NCBI GenBank assembly: GCA_963843575.1
Contig: CAWJKZ010000014.1
Location: 384,001 to 448,000 of the forward strand
Length of the DNA: 64,000 bases
Source of the DNA: an uncultured Acidobacteriota bacterium
GTDB lineage: Bacteria; Acidobacteriota; UBA6911
Direction: 5' to 3'
The notes under the pieces were generated by a model, which did no database searches, had not been told where the DNA came from, and saw only the letters and a list, made by a program, of their open reading frames with translations. The position numbers and the translations under genes were made by a program. Shown here in pieces: positions 20,254 to 30,601 of the stretch (its first letter is position 1; each line of letters starts with the position of its first letter).

Positions 20254-21318
20254 CAGCACCGCGCGCGATCCTCATTGTCCGGCTCAGCTCTCTCGGGGAC
20301 ATCCTGCACACCCTCCCCGCGTTTCAGAGTCTGCGTGACACCTTCCCGCACGCCCGCATCGACTGGCTGGTCGAGCAAAGGGTCCGCTTCCTGCTCGACG
20401 CCGTCACGGGAATCGACCGCATCCATGCCGTCGACACCCATTCCCTGAAGACCCGTCCCTGGCATCCGGGCGCGTGGGGCCGGCTGTGCTCGGTGGTCCG
20501 CGCCTTGCGCGAGCGTCGCTACGACATCGCCCTGGACTTCCAGGGATTGATCAAGACGGGCCTGCTGACCGCAGCCTCGGGCGCAAGGCTCCGCGTGGGT
20601 TTCACCCGGGAACTCGTGCGCGAGCGTCCCGCCCACCACTTCTACAACCGCCGGGCCGGGAATGGCAAGCCGGCCCATGTGACCACGCTGAACCGCAGAC
20701 TCGCCGAGGCTGCCGGCGCCGCACCCGGCCAGGCCCGGGTCGAGCTGCACATCTCAAAGCTGGACCGCGATTATGTCGAAGGAACGCTTCGGCAGGAGCA
20801 ACTTCGGGATTTCGTCGTCATCAATCCAGGGGGGGGCTGGCCCACCAAGCGGTGGAGCCCGCGAAGGTACGGGGAGCTTGCCGCGCTCATTCACACGGGC
20901 ATGGGGTTGCGCGCCGTCGTAACAACCGGGCCCGGGGAGGACGAATTGTTCGAAGCAATCGCGGCGCAGGCCTCGCAGGCCCGGCCCTTTCACGCCCGCT
21001 TTTCCTTCCTTCAGCTGGTGCCGCTGCTCGAGAGGGCGCGCTTGATGGTGGCGGGAGACACGGGACCGTTCCATCTTGCCTGCCTGGTCGGCACCCCGGT
21101 CGTCGCCATCCTCGGCCCGACTTCCCCACTGCGCAACGGTCCATGGTCCACCTCGGACAGCTCGGTCGTTGCGCCAGCTCACCTGCAGCTTCTGCCACCT
21201 GCGCTGCTGCCCCACCCAAAACGAGTGCATGGACATTTCGGTGGACGAGGTTTTTCGCGCCGTCGACCTGCGCCTGAAGCGATTGCCGGGCCCGGAGCGC
21301 GAAGGTGGTGCGGCGTGA
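20250..21318 (+). CDS. waaC: GT9 heptosyltransferase, WaaC-like (apparent frameshift near 21170)
   Basis: RLSSLGDILH, DFQGLIKT, TKRW and GDTGPFHLA motifs; C-terminal CSFCHLRCC..CMDISVDEV is in another frame. Confidence 0.8.
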
Positions 21319-22143
21319 AGAGACTGGCGCTTCCGGCAGCATTCCTGGTTGCCCTCTGCTCCATCGCCCGCCCGGCCGGGCCTGCCGAGCCAACCCGGGA
21401 GGCCGCCCATCTCGCGTCTTTCGACGTCGCGGAAAAGACCGTCTACCACGTCGAGTGGAACCCGCCGTGGTACCTCTTCTTCCTCCCGCAGATGGAGGCG
21501 GGCGAGGCCGAACTCAGCGTGGCGAGGCGAGGTCGATCCCCAGGGCAGAAAGGTCCTGCAGATCGTATTCCAGGCGCGCTCGAGCGGCACGCTGGTCAGA
21601 CTCGCCGGGATGAAGATCGATGATCGGTTCGAGTTCCTGACCGACCCTGACACGTTGTGCACCATGAAGGTCAGCAAGAAGATCCTGGAAGGCAAGCGGC
21701 GCCGGAGCATCGACGTCGAGTACCTCCCCGACACCAACCAGCTCCACATGGTGGAAACGGACCTGGCGGTCGCGCCCCCCAAGGTGAAACGCGACATGGT
21801 GAAGGACGACGTCCCGAAGTGCGTCAGGGACCTGTTCTCCGCTCTGTTTTACGTCAGGAGGCTGGAGTTCTACCCTGGGGCCGCTCACAAGTCGCTCGTC
21901 GGCGACGACGACAAGTTCAAGGAGGTGATGTCGCGCGTCGAGAAGAGCGAAACGGTCGTCACCCCGAGCGGGACCTACGCTACCTGGCGTGTCGACACGG
22001 TCGCCCTTGTCGGCGGGTTGTTCAAAGAAGGGGGCCAGTTCAGGCTCTGGCTCACGGCTGACGAAAAGAAACTCCCCGTGCAGTTCGAAGCGAAGGTTAA
22101 TATCGGAACGGTGACCGGGAAGCTGAAGTCGGCGGAGTTCTGA
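21315..22143 (+). CDS. Exported DUF3108-like protein (apparent frameshift near 21525)
   Basis: Signal-peptide-like N-terminus; DLFSALFYVR, VVTPSGTY and LWLTADEKKLPV resemble DUF3108. Confidence 0.65.
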
Positions 22144-22149
22144 ACGGAG

Positions 22150-22534
22150 GCTTGCCGGAGCCGTCCATAAGCCGAATCCTGTGTCCCTGCGTGAAGCAGG
22201 GCGGCAATCATTCATCTGGTCCCCGGATCGCTCCGGGGTTCAAGCGGTCTACCCAAAAGCGTCGGACGAGCCGCCCTTAATCCCTTTCGGGATGCGCTTT
22301 TCTATTTGACCTTGCTCCGTGTGGGGTTTGCCCTGCCGCCCCTGTTACCAGTGGCGCGGTGCGCTCTTACCGCACCTTTTCACCCTTACCCCGCGAACGG
22401 GGCGGTATGTTTTCTGTGGCACTTTCCGTAGGGTCGCCCCTCCCTCGCGTTACGAGGCACACTGCCCTGTGGAGTTCGGACTTTCCTCGGCCCGGAGAAG
22501 CTGGGCCGCGATTGCCTGTCCGACTCCGGCAAGC
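22150..22534 (-). ncRNA. rnpB: RNase P RNA (class A)
   Basis: Minus strand carries GAGGAAAGTCCGAACTC, GGAAAGTGCCACAGAAA, GGTAAGAGCGCAC, GGAGCAAG and ACAGGATTCGGCTTA; the ends gcttgccggag/ctccggcaagc pair as P1. Confidence 0.97.
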
Positions 22535-22539
22535 ACTTC

Positions 22540-22568
22540 ATGATACATCTCCGCTCGAAGCAGGGCAA
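22540..22568 (-). promoter_or_regulatory. Putative sigma70 promoter of rnpB
   Basis: TTGCCC-17 nt-TATCAT, ending about 5 nt before the RNA 5' end. Confidence 0.6.
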
Positions 22569-22573
22569 CGGCA

Positions 22574-23626
22574 TCAGACCTGTTTGGCCTTGGTGTCGCC
22601 GGCAGGAGGCGCGGCCGCAGCAGGCTTCCGCAGCCCGAGCATCTCGCGCACCTTGACGTCGAGCGCAGCCGAGACGTCCTTGTGCTCGCGCAGGAAGAGC
22701 TTGGCGTTTTCGCGGCCCTGGCCGAGCCGCTCGCCCTTGTACGAGAACCAGGCCCCGCTCTTTTCGATGAGCTTCTTGTCCACGGCCAGGTCGACAAGGT
22801 CCCCCTCGTAAGAGATCCCCTGATTGTACAGGATGTCGAACTCTGCTTCACGAAACGGCGGTGCCAGCTTGTTCTTGACGACCTTGACCCGCGTGCGGTT
22901 GCCCACGACCGCGTCGCCCTCCTTGATCGACCCGATCCGCCGGATATCGACACGGATGGACGAGTAGAACTTCAGCGCCCGGCCGCCGGTGGTCGTCTCG
23001 GGATTGCCGAACATGACCCCGATCTTTTCCCGGATCTGATTGATGAACACCAGGCAGGTGTTCGACTTCGACACGATCGCGGTCAGCTTGCGGAGCGCCT
23101 GGGACATGAGGCGCGCCTGAAGACCCGGGAGCGAGTCGCCCATTTCGCCCTCCAGTTCGGCCTTGGGCACCAGGGCCGCCACCGAGTCGACCACCAGGAT
23201 GTCGATCGCGCCGCTGCGCACCAGGACCTCGGCGATCTCCAGGGCCTGTTCTCCGCTGTCGGGCTGGGACACCAGCAATTCGTCGGTGTTCACCCCGAGC
23301 ATCTTGGCGTACTTGGCGTCCATGGCGTGCTCGGCGTCTATGAAGGCGGCGGCACCCCCGTCGGCCTGGGCATGGGCAATGGCGTGGAGGGCGAGCGTGG
23401 TCTTGCCGCTGGACTCGGGGCCGTAGATCTCCACCACGCGCCCTTTAGGGAACCCCCCCACTCCCAGAGCCGCATCGAGCGATATCGAACCCGTCGAGAT
23501 CGCCTGGAAACCGACCGGCTCGGGACGGTCCCCCAACCGCATAATGGAGCCCTTGCCGAACTGCTTTTCGATCTGGGTCAAGGCGACGTCGATCGCCTTG
23601 TTCTTGCTCATCCGGTCATCTGACAT
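22574..23626 (-). CDS. recA: Recombinase RecA
   Basis: [28 protein letters not shown] and GGRALKFY motifs. Confidence 0.99.
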   Translation of the reverse strand: MSDDRMSKNKAIDVALTQIEKQFGKGSIMRLGDRPEPVGFQAISTGSISLDAALGVGGFPKGRVVEIYGPESSGKTTLALHAIAHAQADGGAAAFIDAEHAMDAKYAKMLGVNTDELLVSQPDSGEQALEIAEVLVRSGAIDILVVDSVAALVPKAELEGEMGDSLPGLQARLMSQALRKLTAIVSKSNTCLVFINQIREKIGVMFGNPETTTGGRALKFYSSIRVDIRRIGSIKEGDAVVGNRTRVKVVKNKLAPPFREAEFDILYNQGISYEGDLVDLAVDKKLIEKSGAWFSYKGERLGQGRENAKLFLREHKDVSAALDVKVREMLGLRKPAAAAPPAGDTKAKQV

Positions 23627-24536
23627 CGGTTTTTCCTTCCATTGTGCGGTAATCGTAGAACCCGCGCCCCGTTTTCCTGCCCAGTCGCCCCGCGTTCACC
23701 ATTCGGACCAGGAGGGGGCACGGCCGGTATTTCGGGTCGCCCAGTCCCTCGTGCAGAACCCGCATGATGCTCAGGCACACATCCAGCCCGATGAAATCGG
23801 CCAAAGTCAGGGGCCCCATCGGGTGGTTCATACCCAGCTTCATCACAGTGTCGATCGCGTCCCGGTCCGCAACACCCTCCATCAGCGCAAACACCGCCTC
23901 GTTGATCATCGGCATCAGAATCCGGTTGGCAACGAACCCAGGGTAGTCCTGCACTTCGACGGCCGTCTTGCCAAGATCGGAAGCGATCTCCAGCACCCGT
24001 CGGGCGGTGTCCTCCGAGGTGGCGAGCCCGCGGATGACCTCGACGAGCTTCATGACCGGGACGGGGTTCATGAAGTGCATCCCGATGCAGCGGTCAGCCC
24101 GGGTGGTTGCGGTCCCGAGCCGGGTGATCGAAATGGACGACGTGTTGCTGGCCAGTATCGTTTGACTCGGGCACAGCCTGTCCAACTCCCGGAAGACGCC
24201 GGTCTTGAGCTCCAGGTCCTCGTTCACGGCCTCGATCACGACGCCATACGCGGCCAGGCCGCCGAGGCCAACGGCCGGGACAATCCGGGCCAGGATCTCC
24301 GCCTGCGCGCCTTCCCCGAGAACGCCCTGGGCAACCAATCGGGCCACGCTGCTGCCGATACCGTCCACAGCACGGTCCAGCAGGTCCTGCCGCACGTCGC
24401 ACAGGTGCACGCGGTATCCCGCCTGCGCAAACACCTGGGCGATGCCGCTCCCCATGGTCCCGGAGCCCACGACCCCTATCGCTCCCCGCTCCGAAGCCCC
24501 CAATCCCGCCTCCAGTTTCGATCCCGACACGCCCAC
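23616..24536 (-). CDS. hbd: 3-hydroxybutyryl-CoA dehydrogenase
   Basis: [34 protein letters not shown] and HPMGPL motifs. Confidence 0.92.
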   Translation of the reverse strand: MGVSGSKLEAGLGASERGAIGVVGSGTMGSGIAQVFAQAGYRVHLCDVRQDLLDRAVDGIGSSVARLVAQGVLGEGAQAEILARIVPAVGLGGLAAYGVVIEAVNEDLELKTGVFRELDRLCPSQTILASNTSSISITRLGTATTRADRCIGMHFMNPVPVMKLVEVIRGLATSEDTARRVLEIASDLGKTAVEVQDYPGFVANRILMPMINEAVFALMEGVADRDAIDTVMKLGMNHPMGPLTLADFIGLDVCLSIMRVLHEGLGDPKYRPCPLLVRMVNAGRLGRKTGRGFYDYRTMEGKTDVR

Positions 24537-24779
24537 AGCCCGCTTATCTTGTTAAACTGCCACCGCGAGGAATTGAGCCGGGAATTGTGTTGCGCCGCGA
24601 GCGCAGGCTCGGCACGCCGCTAAAACACGCGGCCACGAGAACTGATTGAGTCGAAGGTGCTTAAGTTCCCGGACCGCACCGGCACGGCTGCCTGCGAGTC
24701 CCGCGCTCATCCTACCACGGCAGGATCGCCTCGGCGCGCGCAATCTGCCGCAACCGGAAATGCGGGCTGTGAACGGATG

Positions 24780-24808
24780 TTGCATTGCCGCACCGCACTC
24801 TCTACAAT
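24780..24808 (+). promoter_or_regulatory. Putative sigma70 promoter
   Basis: TTGCAT-17 nt-TACAAT, upstream of AAGGAG and the TTG start at 24841. Confidence 0.55.
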
Positions 24809-24840
24809 TTACGGTCCCACACTGCAGAAAGGAGAAGGCA

Positions 24841-25653
24841 TTGGAGAGCACAAGCACGGCGGCACAGAATTGGGCCTTGATTCTCGGAGCTTCGAGCGGT
24901 TTTGGCGCCGCCACGGCCTGCGCGCTTGCCCGCAGCGGGTTTCACATTATCGGCGTGCACCTCGACCGCAGGGCGACTCTTGCGGCCGCCGAGCGGATCG
25001 TCGAACAGGTCCGGGCCGAGGGACGCAAGGCGCTCTTTTTTAACGTCAACGCCGCCGACGCGGAGCGCCGCGCCGAAGTGGTGCGGGCGGCAGGCCGGGA
25101 GCTTGCCGCCACCCCGGGATCCCGTGGCGTGGGCACGTTCGTGCACTCCCTGGCCTTCGGCACCCTCAAACCCTACATCGCGCGCGACGGCGATTCGGCC
25201 ATCAAGCCGGCCGACATGAACATGACCGTCGACGTGATGGCGCACAGTCTCGTCTACTGGGTCCAAGACCTGTTCGCTGCGGGACTGCTCCTATCCGGAT
25301 CCAGGATTTTCGCGATGACGAGCGCCGGGGGACACCGGGTCTGGCCATCCTACGGCGCCGTCTCGGCCGCCAAGGCCGCGCTGGAATCCCACATTCGACA
25401 GCTTGCCTTCGAGCTCGCTCCCTACGGCATCAGCGCCAACGCCCTGCGCGCGGGGGTCACCGAAACCCCGGCGGCCCGAAAAATACCCGGAAACGAGCGC
25501 ATGTTCGCGCGCGCGCTCGAGGCCAACCCCGGGGGCCGGCTCACGACCACGGAAGACGTCGCCGAGGTGATCGTGTCGCTCAGCCTCTCCCGTGGCACGT
25601 GGCTCACGGGCAACGTGATCGGGGTGGACGGGGCGGAGGACCTCGCGGGCTGA
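24841..25653 (+). CDS. SDR oxidoreductase, enoyl-ACP reductase (FabL-like)
   Basis: LILGASSGFG; Y-x6-K (YGAVSAAK) is typical of enoyl reductases. Confidence 0.75.
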   Translation: MESTSTAAQNWALILGASSGFGAATACALARSGFHIIGVHLDRRATLAAAERIVEQVRAEGRKALFFNVNAADAERRAEVVRAAGRELAATPGSRGVGTFVHSLAFGTLKPYIARDGDSAIKPADMNMTVDVMAHSLVYWVQDLFAAGLLLSGSRIFAMTSAGGHRVWPSYGAVSAAKAALESHIRQLAFELAPYGISANALRAGVTETPAARKIPGNERMFARALEANPGGRLTTTEDVAEVIVSLSLSRGTWLTGNVIGVDGAEDLAG

Positions 25654-25707
25654 TGCGGGGACCGGCTGGGTCCGGACGGCGGCATGCGATCGGCGCCGTG
25701 TTCTCCA

Positions 25708-25736
25708 TTGACTCCCGGGCGCCGGGCTGTTAGCAT
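25708..25736 (+). promoter_or_regulatory. Putative sigma70 promoter of rpmB
   Basis: TTGACT-17 nt-TAGCAT with an extended -10 TG. Confidence 0.6.
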
Positions 25737-25761
25737 TTAAGTTTTTTGACAGGAGTGTGCC

Positions 25762-25953
25762 ATGCCCCGGCAGTGTTACGTCTGCGAGAAGACGCCCGTT
25801 TTCGGTCGCACTGTCTCGCACGCCCACAACGTCAGCCCGCGCAAGTTCAACCCCAACCTTCAAAGCGTCCGGATCCTGGAAAACGGTTCGGTGAAGCGGG
25901 TTCGCGTCTGCACGCGATGCCTGCGGTCGGGAAAGGTGCAGAAGGCCGTCTAA
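25762..25953 (+). CDS. rpmB: 50S ribosomal protein L28 (Zn-binding type)
   Basis: CYVC..VSHAHN..FNPNLQ..VCTRCLRSGKV. Confidence 0.96.
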   Translation: MPRQCYVCEKTPVFGRTVSHAHNVSPRKFNPNLQSVRILENGSVKRVRVCTRCLRSGKVQKAV

Positions 25954-26327
25954 GCCAGCGCCACGGCCTCGATCTCGACCATCACCTCCCTGGGCAGACG
26001 GGCGACCTGAACCGTTGCCCGCGCCGGCCTGGTGGCGCCGAGATATTCTGCGTACACCCGGTTCATCTCGGGGAAATCGTCCAGGTTTTTCAGAAAGACA
26101 GACGTTTTCACGATCCTGTTCAACCCGCTCCCGGCCGCATCGAGAATCGCAGCCAGGTTTCTCATGACCTGGTGAGTCTGCGCCGCGATGCCTCCCGGAA
26201 CGACGGCGCCCGTCGCCGGATCAATCGGGATCTGGCCGGACACGAAGACGAACCCGTTGGCGCGCACCGCCTGCGCGTACGGCCCGATCGGCATGGGCGC
26301 GCGATCCGTTTCGATCTCCTCCTGCAT
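25950..26327 (-). CDS. RidA/YjgF family enamine deaminase
   Basis: APMPIGPYAQA, FVSGQIP, PARATVQV and VEIEAVA motifs. Confidence 0.92.
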   Translation of the reverse strand: MQEEIETDRAPMPIGPYAQAVRANGFVFVSGQIPIDPATGAVVPGGIAAQTHQVMRNLAAILDAAGSGLNRIVKTSVFLKNLDDFPEMNRVYAEYLGATRPARATVQVARLPREVMVEIEAVALA

Positions 26328-26379
26328 ACGGTTCCTCCATACACGCGCCGCTGATGGCGGCGAGGCAGCACGGCGCATC

Positions 26380-28539
26380 CTAGGGTATCTTGCTGACGCG
26401 CTCCACGTCCCTGATCCCGCGGATGGCCTTCAGAACCTGCACCACCTTCTGCAGGTGGCGCACGTCGTTGATCTCGACCGTCAGCTCCACGGTCCCGTTT
26501 CCCCCGTCGGTCGACGAGCGGGATTCCCGAATGTTGGTTTTCAGGTTAGAAATCGCCGAAGTGATGTCGGCGAGTATACCCTGCCGGTCCTCGACGGCAA
26601 TCGAAAGCCGGACGTTGAACAGTTCCTCTCCCGAATCGGTCACCCACTCGACGTCCGTCATGCGGTCGGACCCCAGGAAACTCACGAGGTTGGGACAACC
26701 GGTCGTGTGAACCGAGATGCCCTTGCCCCGGGTGATGTATCCCACGATCTCGTCTCCGCGGATCGGGTTGCAGCACTTGGCCCGGTAGACGAGGAGCCCG
26801 TCCTGACCTTTGACGACGATTGGGGTCTCCCCCGGTCGCCGCAGCACCTTGTTGACGACGGTGGCGATTGTCGACGGTTTCGCCTTGGCTTCGCTGGGCG
26901 CCAGATCGGGGTAGAGGGCGCTGAGAATCTGCCGGGGAGCGATCCTGCCGAAGCCTACCTCGGGGTAGAGATCCTCGACGCGCTGGAGTCCCTGGTCTGC
27001 CAGGATGCGGGGCAGGTCGGGCTGGTCCATGGCTTTCTTCCAGCTCGTCTTATACTTCCGCGCCTCCTTTTCCATGAGCTTGCGCCCAAGTTCGGAGGCA
27101 TCCTCTCCTTCCCTTTGGTTGATCCAGTGTTTTATCTTGCTGCGCGCCCGGGCCGTCGAGACAAACGACAGCCAGTCGCGGCTCGGGCCGGAATCCTTCG
27201 ATGTGAGCACCTCGACAATCTCGCCGTTCTTCAGCTTCTGCCGGAGCGGGACGATCCTGCCGTTGACCTTGGCGCCGACGCAGTGGTGCCCCACCTCGGT
27301 GTGAATCGAATAGGCGAAATCCACCGGGGTCGCGTCGCGCGGCAGCGTGATGACCTCTCCCATGGGCGTAAAGCAATACACCTCGTCGGGGTAGAGGTCC
27401 ACTTTGAGGTTGCTGAGGAATTCGCGTGGATCGCTGATTTCGCTCTGGGAGTCGATGAGCTGGCGCAGCCACCTGAACTGTTCCTCTCCTTCGACAACCC
27501 CCAGCTTACCCTCCTTGTACTTCCAGTGGGCGGCGATCCCTTCCTCGGCGATGCGGTGCATCTCCTGGGTGCGAATCTGGATTTCAAACGGTTGCCCGTT
27601 CTTGCCGATCACGGACGTGTGCAGCGACTGGTAGAGGTTCGGTCTGGGGATGGCAATGTAGTCCTTTATGCGCCCCGGCACCGGCTTCCACAGGTTGTGC
27701 AGGATGCCGAGCACGGTGTAGCAGTTCTTGACCGTGTCGGTGATCACCCGGATCGCAAAGAGGTCGAACACCTCGTCTATGCCGATCTTCTGGCGCCTCA
27801 TCTTGTTATAGACGCCGTAGATCCTTTTGATGCGGCTCTCGAGGCGCGCGGGAATGCGATGCTCGGCGAGCTCGCTTTCGATGACCCGCATGGTCTCGTC
27901 GATGAAGTCCTTGCTCACGGCGCGCCGAGCGTCGATGAGCGCCACGGTGCTCTGGTAGGCTGCGGGGTCAAGGAAACCGAAGGCCAAGTCTTCGAGTTCC
28001 CCGCGGATTTTCGCCATGCCGAGCCGGTGTGCCAGCGGGGCGTACACCTCGAGGGTCTCGAGCGAGATTCGTTCGCGCCGGTCCGGGGACAGATACTGGA
28101 GGGTTCGCATGTTGTGGAGCCGGTCGGCCAGCTTGACGAACAGGATCCGGATGTCGCCCACCATCGCCAGCAGCATCTTGCGGAAGTTTTCGGCCTGCTT
28201 CTGGTGGCGTGAGGTGAAATGAACCTGCGAGATCTTGGTGACGCCGTCGACGATCTGGTAGACCTGCTCGCCGAACTGTTTTTTGAGTTCGTCGGGCGAC
28301 ATGAGGGTGTCTTCGAGCACGTCGTGGAGCAGACCGGCCGTCACCGTCACGACGTCCAACTTTATTTCGGCCAGGATGTTGGCGACTTCGAGGGGGTGCG
28401 TGAGGTAGGGCTCGCCGTTCATGCGCACCTGCCCCTTGTGGTACTTGGCGGAAACCACGTACCCGCGCCGGATCAGCTCGATCGGCGCATCGGGATGGTA
28501 GCGCAGCACTCGTTCTGCGAGGTCCTCATAACGGATCAT
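26380..28539 (-). CDS. rel: Bifunctional (p)ppGpp synthetase/hydrolase (long RSH)
   Basis: Intact HD motif (LLHDVLED), KLADRLHNMRT, YQSLHT, EIQIRT, plus TGS, CC and ACT domains. Confidence 0.96.
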   Translation of the reverse strand: MIRYEDLAERVLRYHPDAPIELIRRGYVVSAKYHKGQVRMNGEPYLTHPLEVANILAEIKLDVVTVTAGLLHDVLEDTLMSPDELKKQFGEQVYQIVDGVTKISQVHFTSRHQKQAENFRKMLLAMVGDIRILFVKLADRLHNMRTLQYLSPDRRERISLETLEVYAPLAHRLGMAKIRGELEDLAFGFLDPAAYQSTVALIDARRAVSKDFIDETMRVIESELAEHRIPARLESRIKRIYGVYNKMRRQKIGIDEVFDLFAIRVITDTVKNCYTVLGILHNLWKPVPGRIKDYIAIPRPNLYQSLHTSVIGKNGQPFEIQIRTQEMHRIAEEGIAAHWKYKEGKLGVVEGEEQFRWLRQLIDSQSEISDPREFLSNLKVDLYPDEVYCFTPMGEVITLPRDATPVDFAYSIHTEVGHHCVGAKVNGRIVPLRQKLKNGEIVEVLTSKDSGPSRDWLSFVSTARARSKIKHWINQREGEDASELGRKLMEKEARKYKTSWKKAMDQPDLPRILADQGLQRVEDLYPEVGFGRIAPRQILSALYPDLAPSEAKAKPSTIATVVNKVLRRPGETPIVVKGQDGLLVYRAKCCNPIRGDEIVGYITRGKGISVHTTGCPNLVSFLGSDRMTDVEWVTDSGEELFNVRLSIAVEDRQGILADITSAISNLKTNIRESRSSTDGGNGTVELTVEINDVRHLQKVVQVLKAIRGIRDVERVSKIP

Positions 28540-28637
28540 GGCGCCTGTTCGTACAGTTTACCATTATAGAGGAAAACGCCCCGACCATTAAGGCCCGAGC
28601 CTGATGCCGGCAGGGCGGAAGGGGCGGCGCCAAATGC

Positions 28638-28663
28638 AAAGGGGGGCCGAAATGGGCCCCCCC
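28638..28663 (-). terminator. Probable intrinsic terminator after the TPR lipoprotein gene
   Basis: GGGGGGCC/GGCCCCCC hairpin followed by TTTGCATTT on the minus strand. Confidence 0.5.
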
Positions 28664-28686
28664 TGAAGCGGCTGAAAGCGGCGGGA

Positions 28687-29475
28687 TTACTTGCCAAGTT
28701 TCTTTGGTTTCTTTGCCTCTTCCTCCTGCGCCTTCAGGCGAAGCGCGAGCGACTTCTGGGCCACCATGTCGGCCTTCCGGATCAGCTCGTTTTTCGCTTT
28801 GTCGTCCTTCTCGAACTTCGCCTTTTCTCTCCACAGCAGATTCTGGTACTCCATCGCGTCGAAGTAGTCCGGCCGGATCTGGATCGCCTTGTCCAGAACC
28901 TGGAGTCCTTCGTCGATGTCGTTCAGAGTGTGCGTTTTTTCCTCGGCGTTTAGGAATTCCACGTTTTCGCCCTGCAGGCCGGTCTTCTTGAGGGAATCGT
29001 CGAAGTTGATCACCGCGATGCGGTATAGCGCTTCCGCGTTCTGCGGGTCGATCTCCTGGATCTTCCGGCACCACTCCTTGGATTCGTCGTATCTTTTCAG
29101 CTGATAGTACAGGCTGGCGATGCTGAGCATCGCGTTGATGTTGGGAGTGGGACTGGATTTGTCGCTCTCGATGACGTCCTTGAACGTAGCGATGGCCTTC
29201 TCCGCCATCTCGTTGCTCTTGGGATCAGGAGAGCCCGGCACAAACTGAGAGGTGTAGGTGGTCGCCAGGTACATGCGCGCAACCTGGAATGTGGGATCCA
29301 GCCGTATGGATTCCTCGAAGAATTTCGCGGCTTCGTCGTATTTCTGTTCTGTAAAAGCTTTCACGCCTTTATTCAAGCTGTCGCGCGCCCGCAGCTTGGT
29401 CACGAAGCCGCAGCCTGACAGGGGCAGAGCCGCAATGATCACCAAAACGGCCAGCCACTTAGCATTGACCTTCAT
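28687..29475 (-). CDS. Tetratricopeptide-repeat lipoprotein
   Basis: Lipobox LSG-C after a hydrophobic segment; several TPR-like helix pairs; GGAGG ribosome-binding site. Confidence 0.85.
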   Translation of the reverse strand: MKVNAKWLAVLVIIAALPLSGCGFVTKLRARDSLNKGVKAFTEQKYDEAAKFFEESIRLDPTFQVARMYLATTYTSQFVPGSPDPKSNEMAEKAIATFKDVIESDKSSPTPNINAMLSIASLYYQLKRYDESKEWCRKIQEIDPQNAEALYRIAVINFDDSLKKTGLQGENVEFLNAEEKTHTLNDIDEGLQVLDKAIQIRPDYFDAMEYQNLLWREKAKFEKDDKAKNELIRKADMVAQKSLALRLKAQEEEAKKPKKLGK

Positions 29476-29517
29476 TATGGCCTCCAAACAAATTAATTGA
29501 CTGCGCGAGCGAGCACA

Positions 29518-29931
29518 TCACCGAATCGCTTCGATGATCAGTCCAATATCGCCGACACCAGCCCCTTTTGCGATGTCGATGACTTTGACGACGTCGCCAT
29601 ACGGCAGCTTCGGGCTGGCGCTGATGAACATGTTCTTGTTTGCCCTGGCGCTGTAGATTTCCTGGAGCTTGGCGCCGAGTGATCCGATATCGGTCAGATC
29701 CTGGTTGATGGCTATCTGGGCGCTTTCGCCGACCGAGACCACGATGACGCTGGGATCAACCACGGCCTTTACATCTTCGGGCGCGGGTTGAGGCACCTTG
29801 ACATCCAAGTCCATCTGCCGGACGGGCGTGATAACCATGAAGATGATGAGGAGCACGAGAAGGATATCAATGTAAGGGGTGATATTGATATCGGACTTCG
29901 GCCCCTTCTTTGAACCAACTGCCATTGACAT
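29518..29931 (-). CDS. exbD: ExbD/TolR family protein
   Basis: DINITPYIDILLVLLIIFM with the conserved TM Asp; PYGDVVKVID. Confidence 0.9.
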   Translation of the reverse strand: MSMAVGSKKGPKSDINITPYIDILLVLLIIFMVITPVRQMDLDVKVPQPAPEDVKAVVDPSVIVVSVGESAQIAINQDLTDIGSLGAKLQEIYSARANKNMFISASPKLPYGDVVKVIDIAKGAGVGDIGLIIEAIR

Positions 29932-30178
29932 AAGATGTCACTCCCTTTTCACTGAGAAGCGGTCGCCCTCAAACAACGCGGGATCACGGACCACCGTTGT
30001 GACGGTGATCTATTACCGCACGCATCTGCTTCGCGGGTGGCGGCCGGGGTTCCTGGAAAACGGTCCCCGGCCGGCTTCACGATACCGACGACGCCGCGTG
30101 CGCCCCGACCTGTGTGGCGGCACGTCTATCCGCGCACCGCGACAAGGATCATCACACAAACAGGGCCCAATCGGGTAC

Positions 30179-30601
30179 TTACTCTTTTTCTTTCTCGGTC
30201 ATCAAACCGATGCGCTCGACACCTGTCTTCCGGCACTGGTCGACGATCTGGACCACACGACCATACGCGACGGCGTTGTCCGCCTTCAGGTAAATGGTCT
30301 TGTTGATCTCGCCGCTCGAGAATCGCTTGACGAGAAAATCCAACAGGTCGTTTTCCGTAACCATGGTCTTGGACAGATAGATGCGCCCTTCCCGGTTCAA
30401 GGCCACCACGACTGCATCCTTGCTGTCCGCTTCGGGCGCGTCGAGGGGGTTCTTGGCTTTGGGCAGGTTGACCGTAATACCCGATTGCAGCAGCGGCGTC
30501 GAAATCATAAAGATGATCAGCAACACCAGCATGATGTCCGCCATCGGCGTAACATTGATGTCGGCGTTGACGTTGCTTCGCCCTAAGTTTCGCTTAGCCA
30601 C
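30179..30601 (-). CDS. exbD: ExbD/TolR family protein
   Basis: DINVTPMADIMLVLLIIFM, VNLPKA and LKADNAVAYG motifs. Confidence 0.9.
   Translation of the reverse strand: MAKRNLGRSNVNADINVTPMADIMLVLLIIFMISTPLLQSGITVNLPKAKNPLDAPEADSKDAVVVALNREGRIYLSKTMVTENDLLDFLVKRFSSGEINKTIYLKADNAVAYGRVVQIVDQCRKTGVERIGLMTEKEKE

Noticed and set aside
24537-24840. Possible sigma54 promoter or small RNA in the hbd/SDR divergent region
   Set aside because: The GGCACG words lack a correctly spaced -12 GC, and I saw no convincing structure
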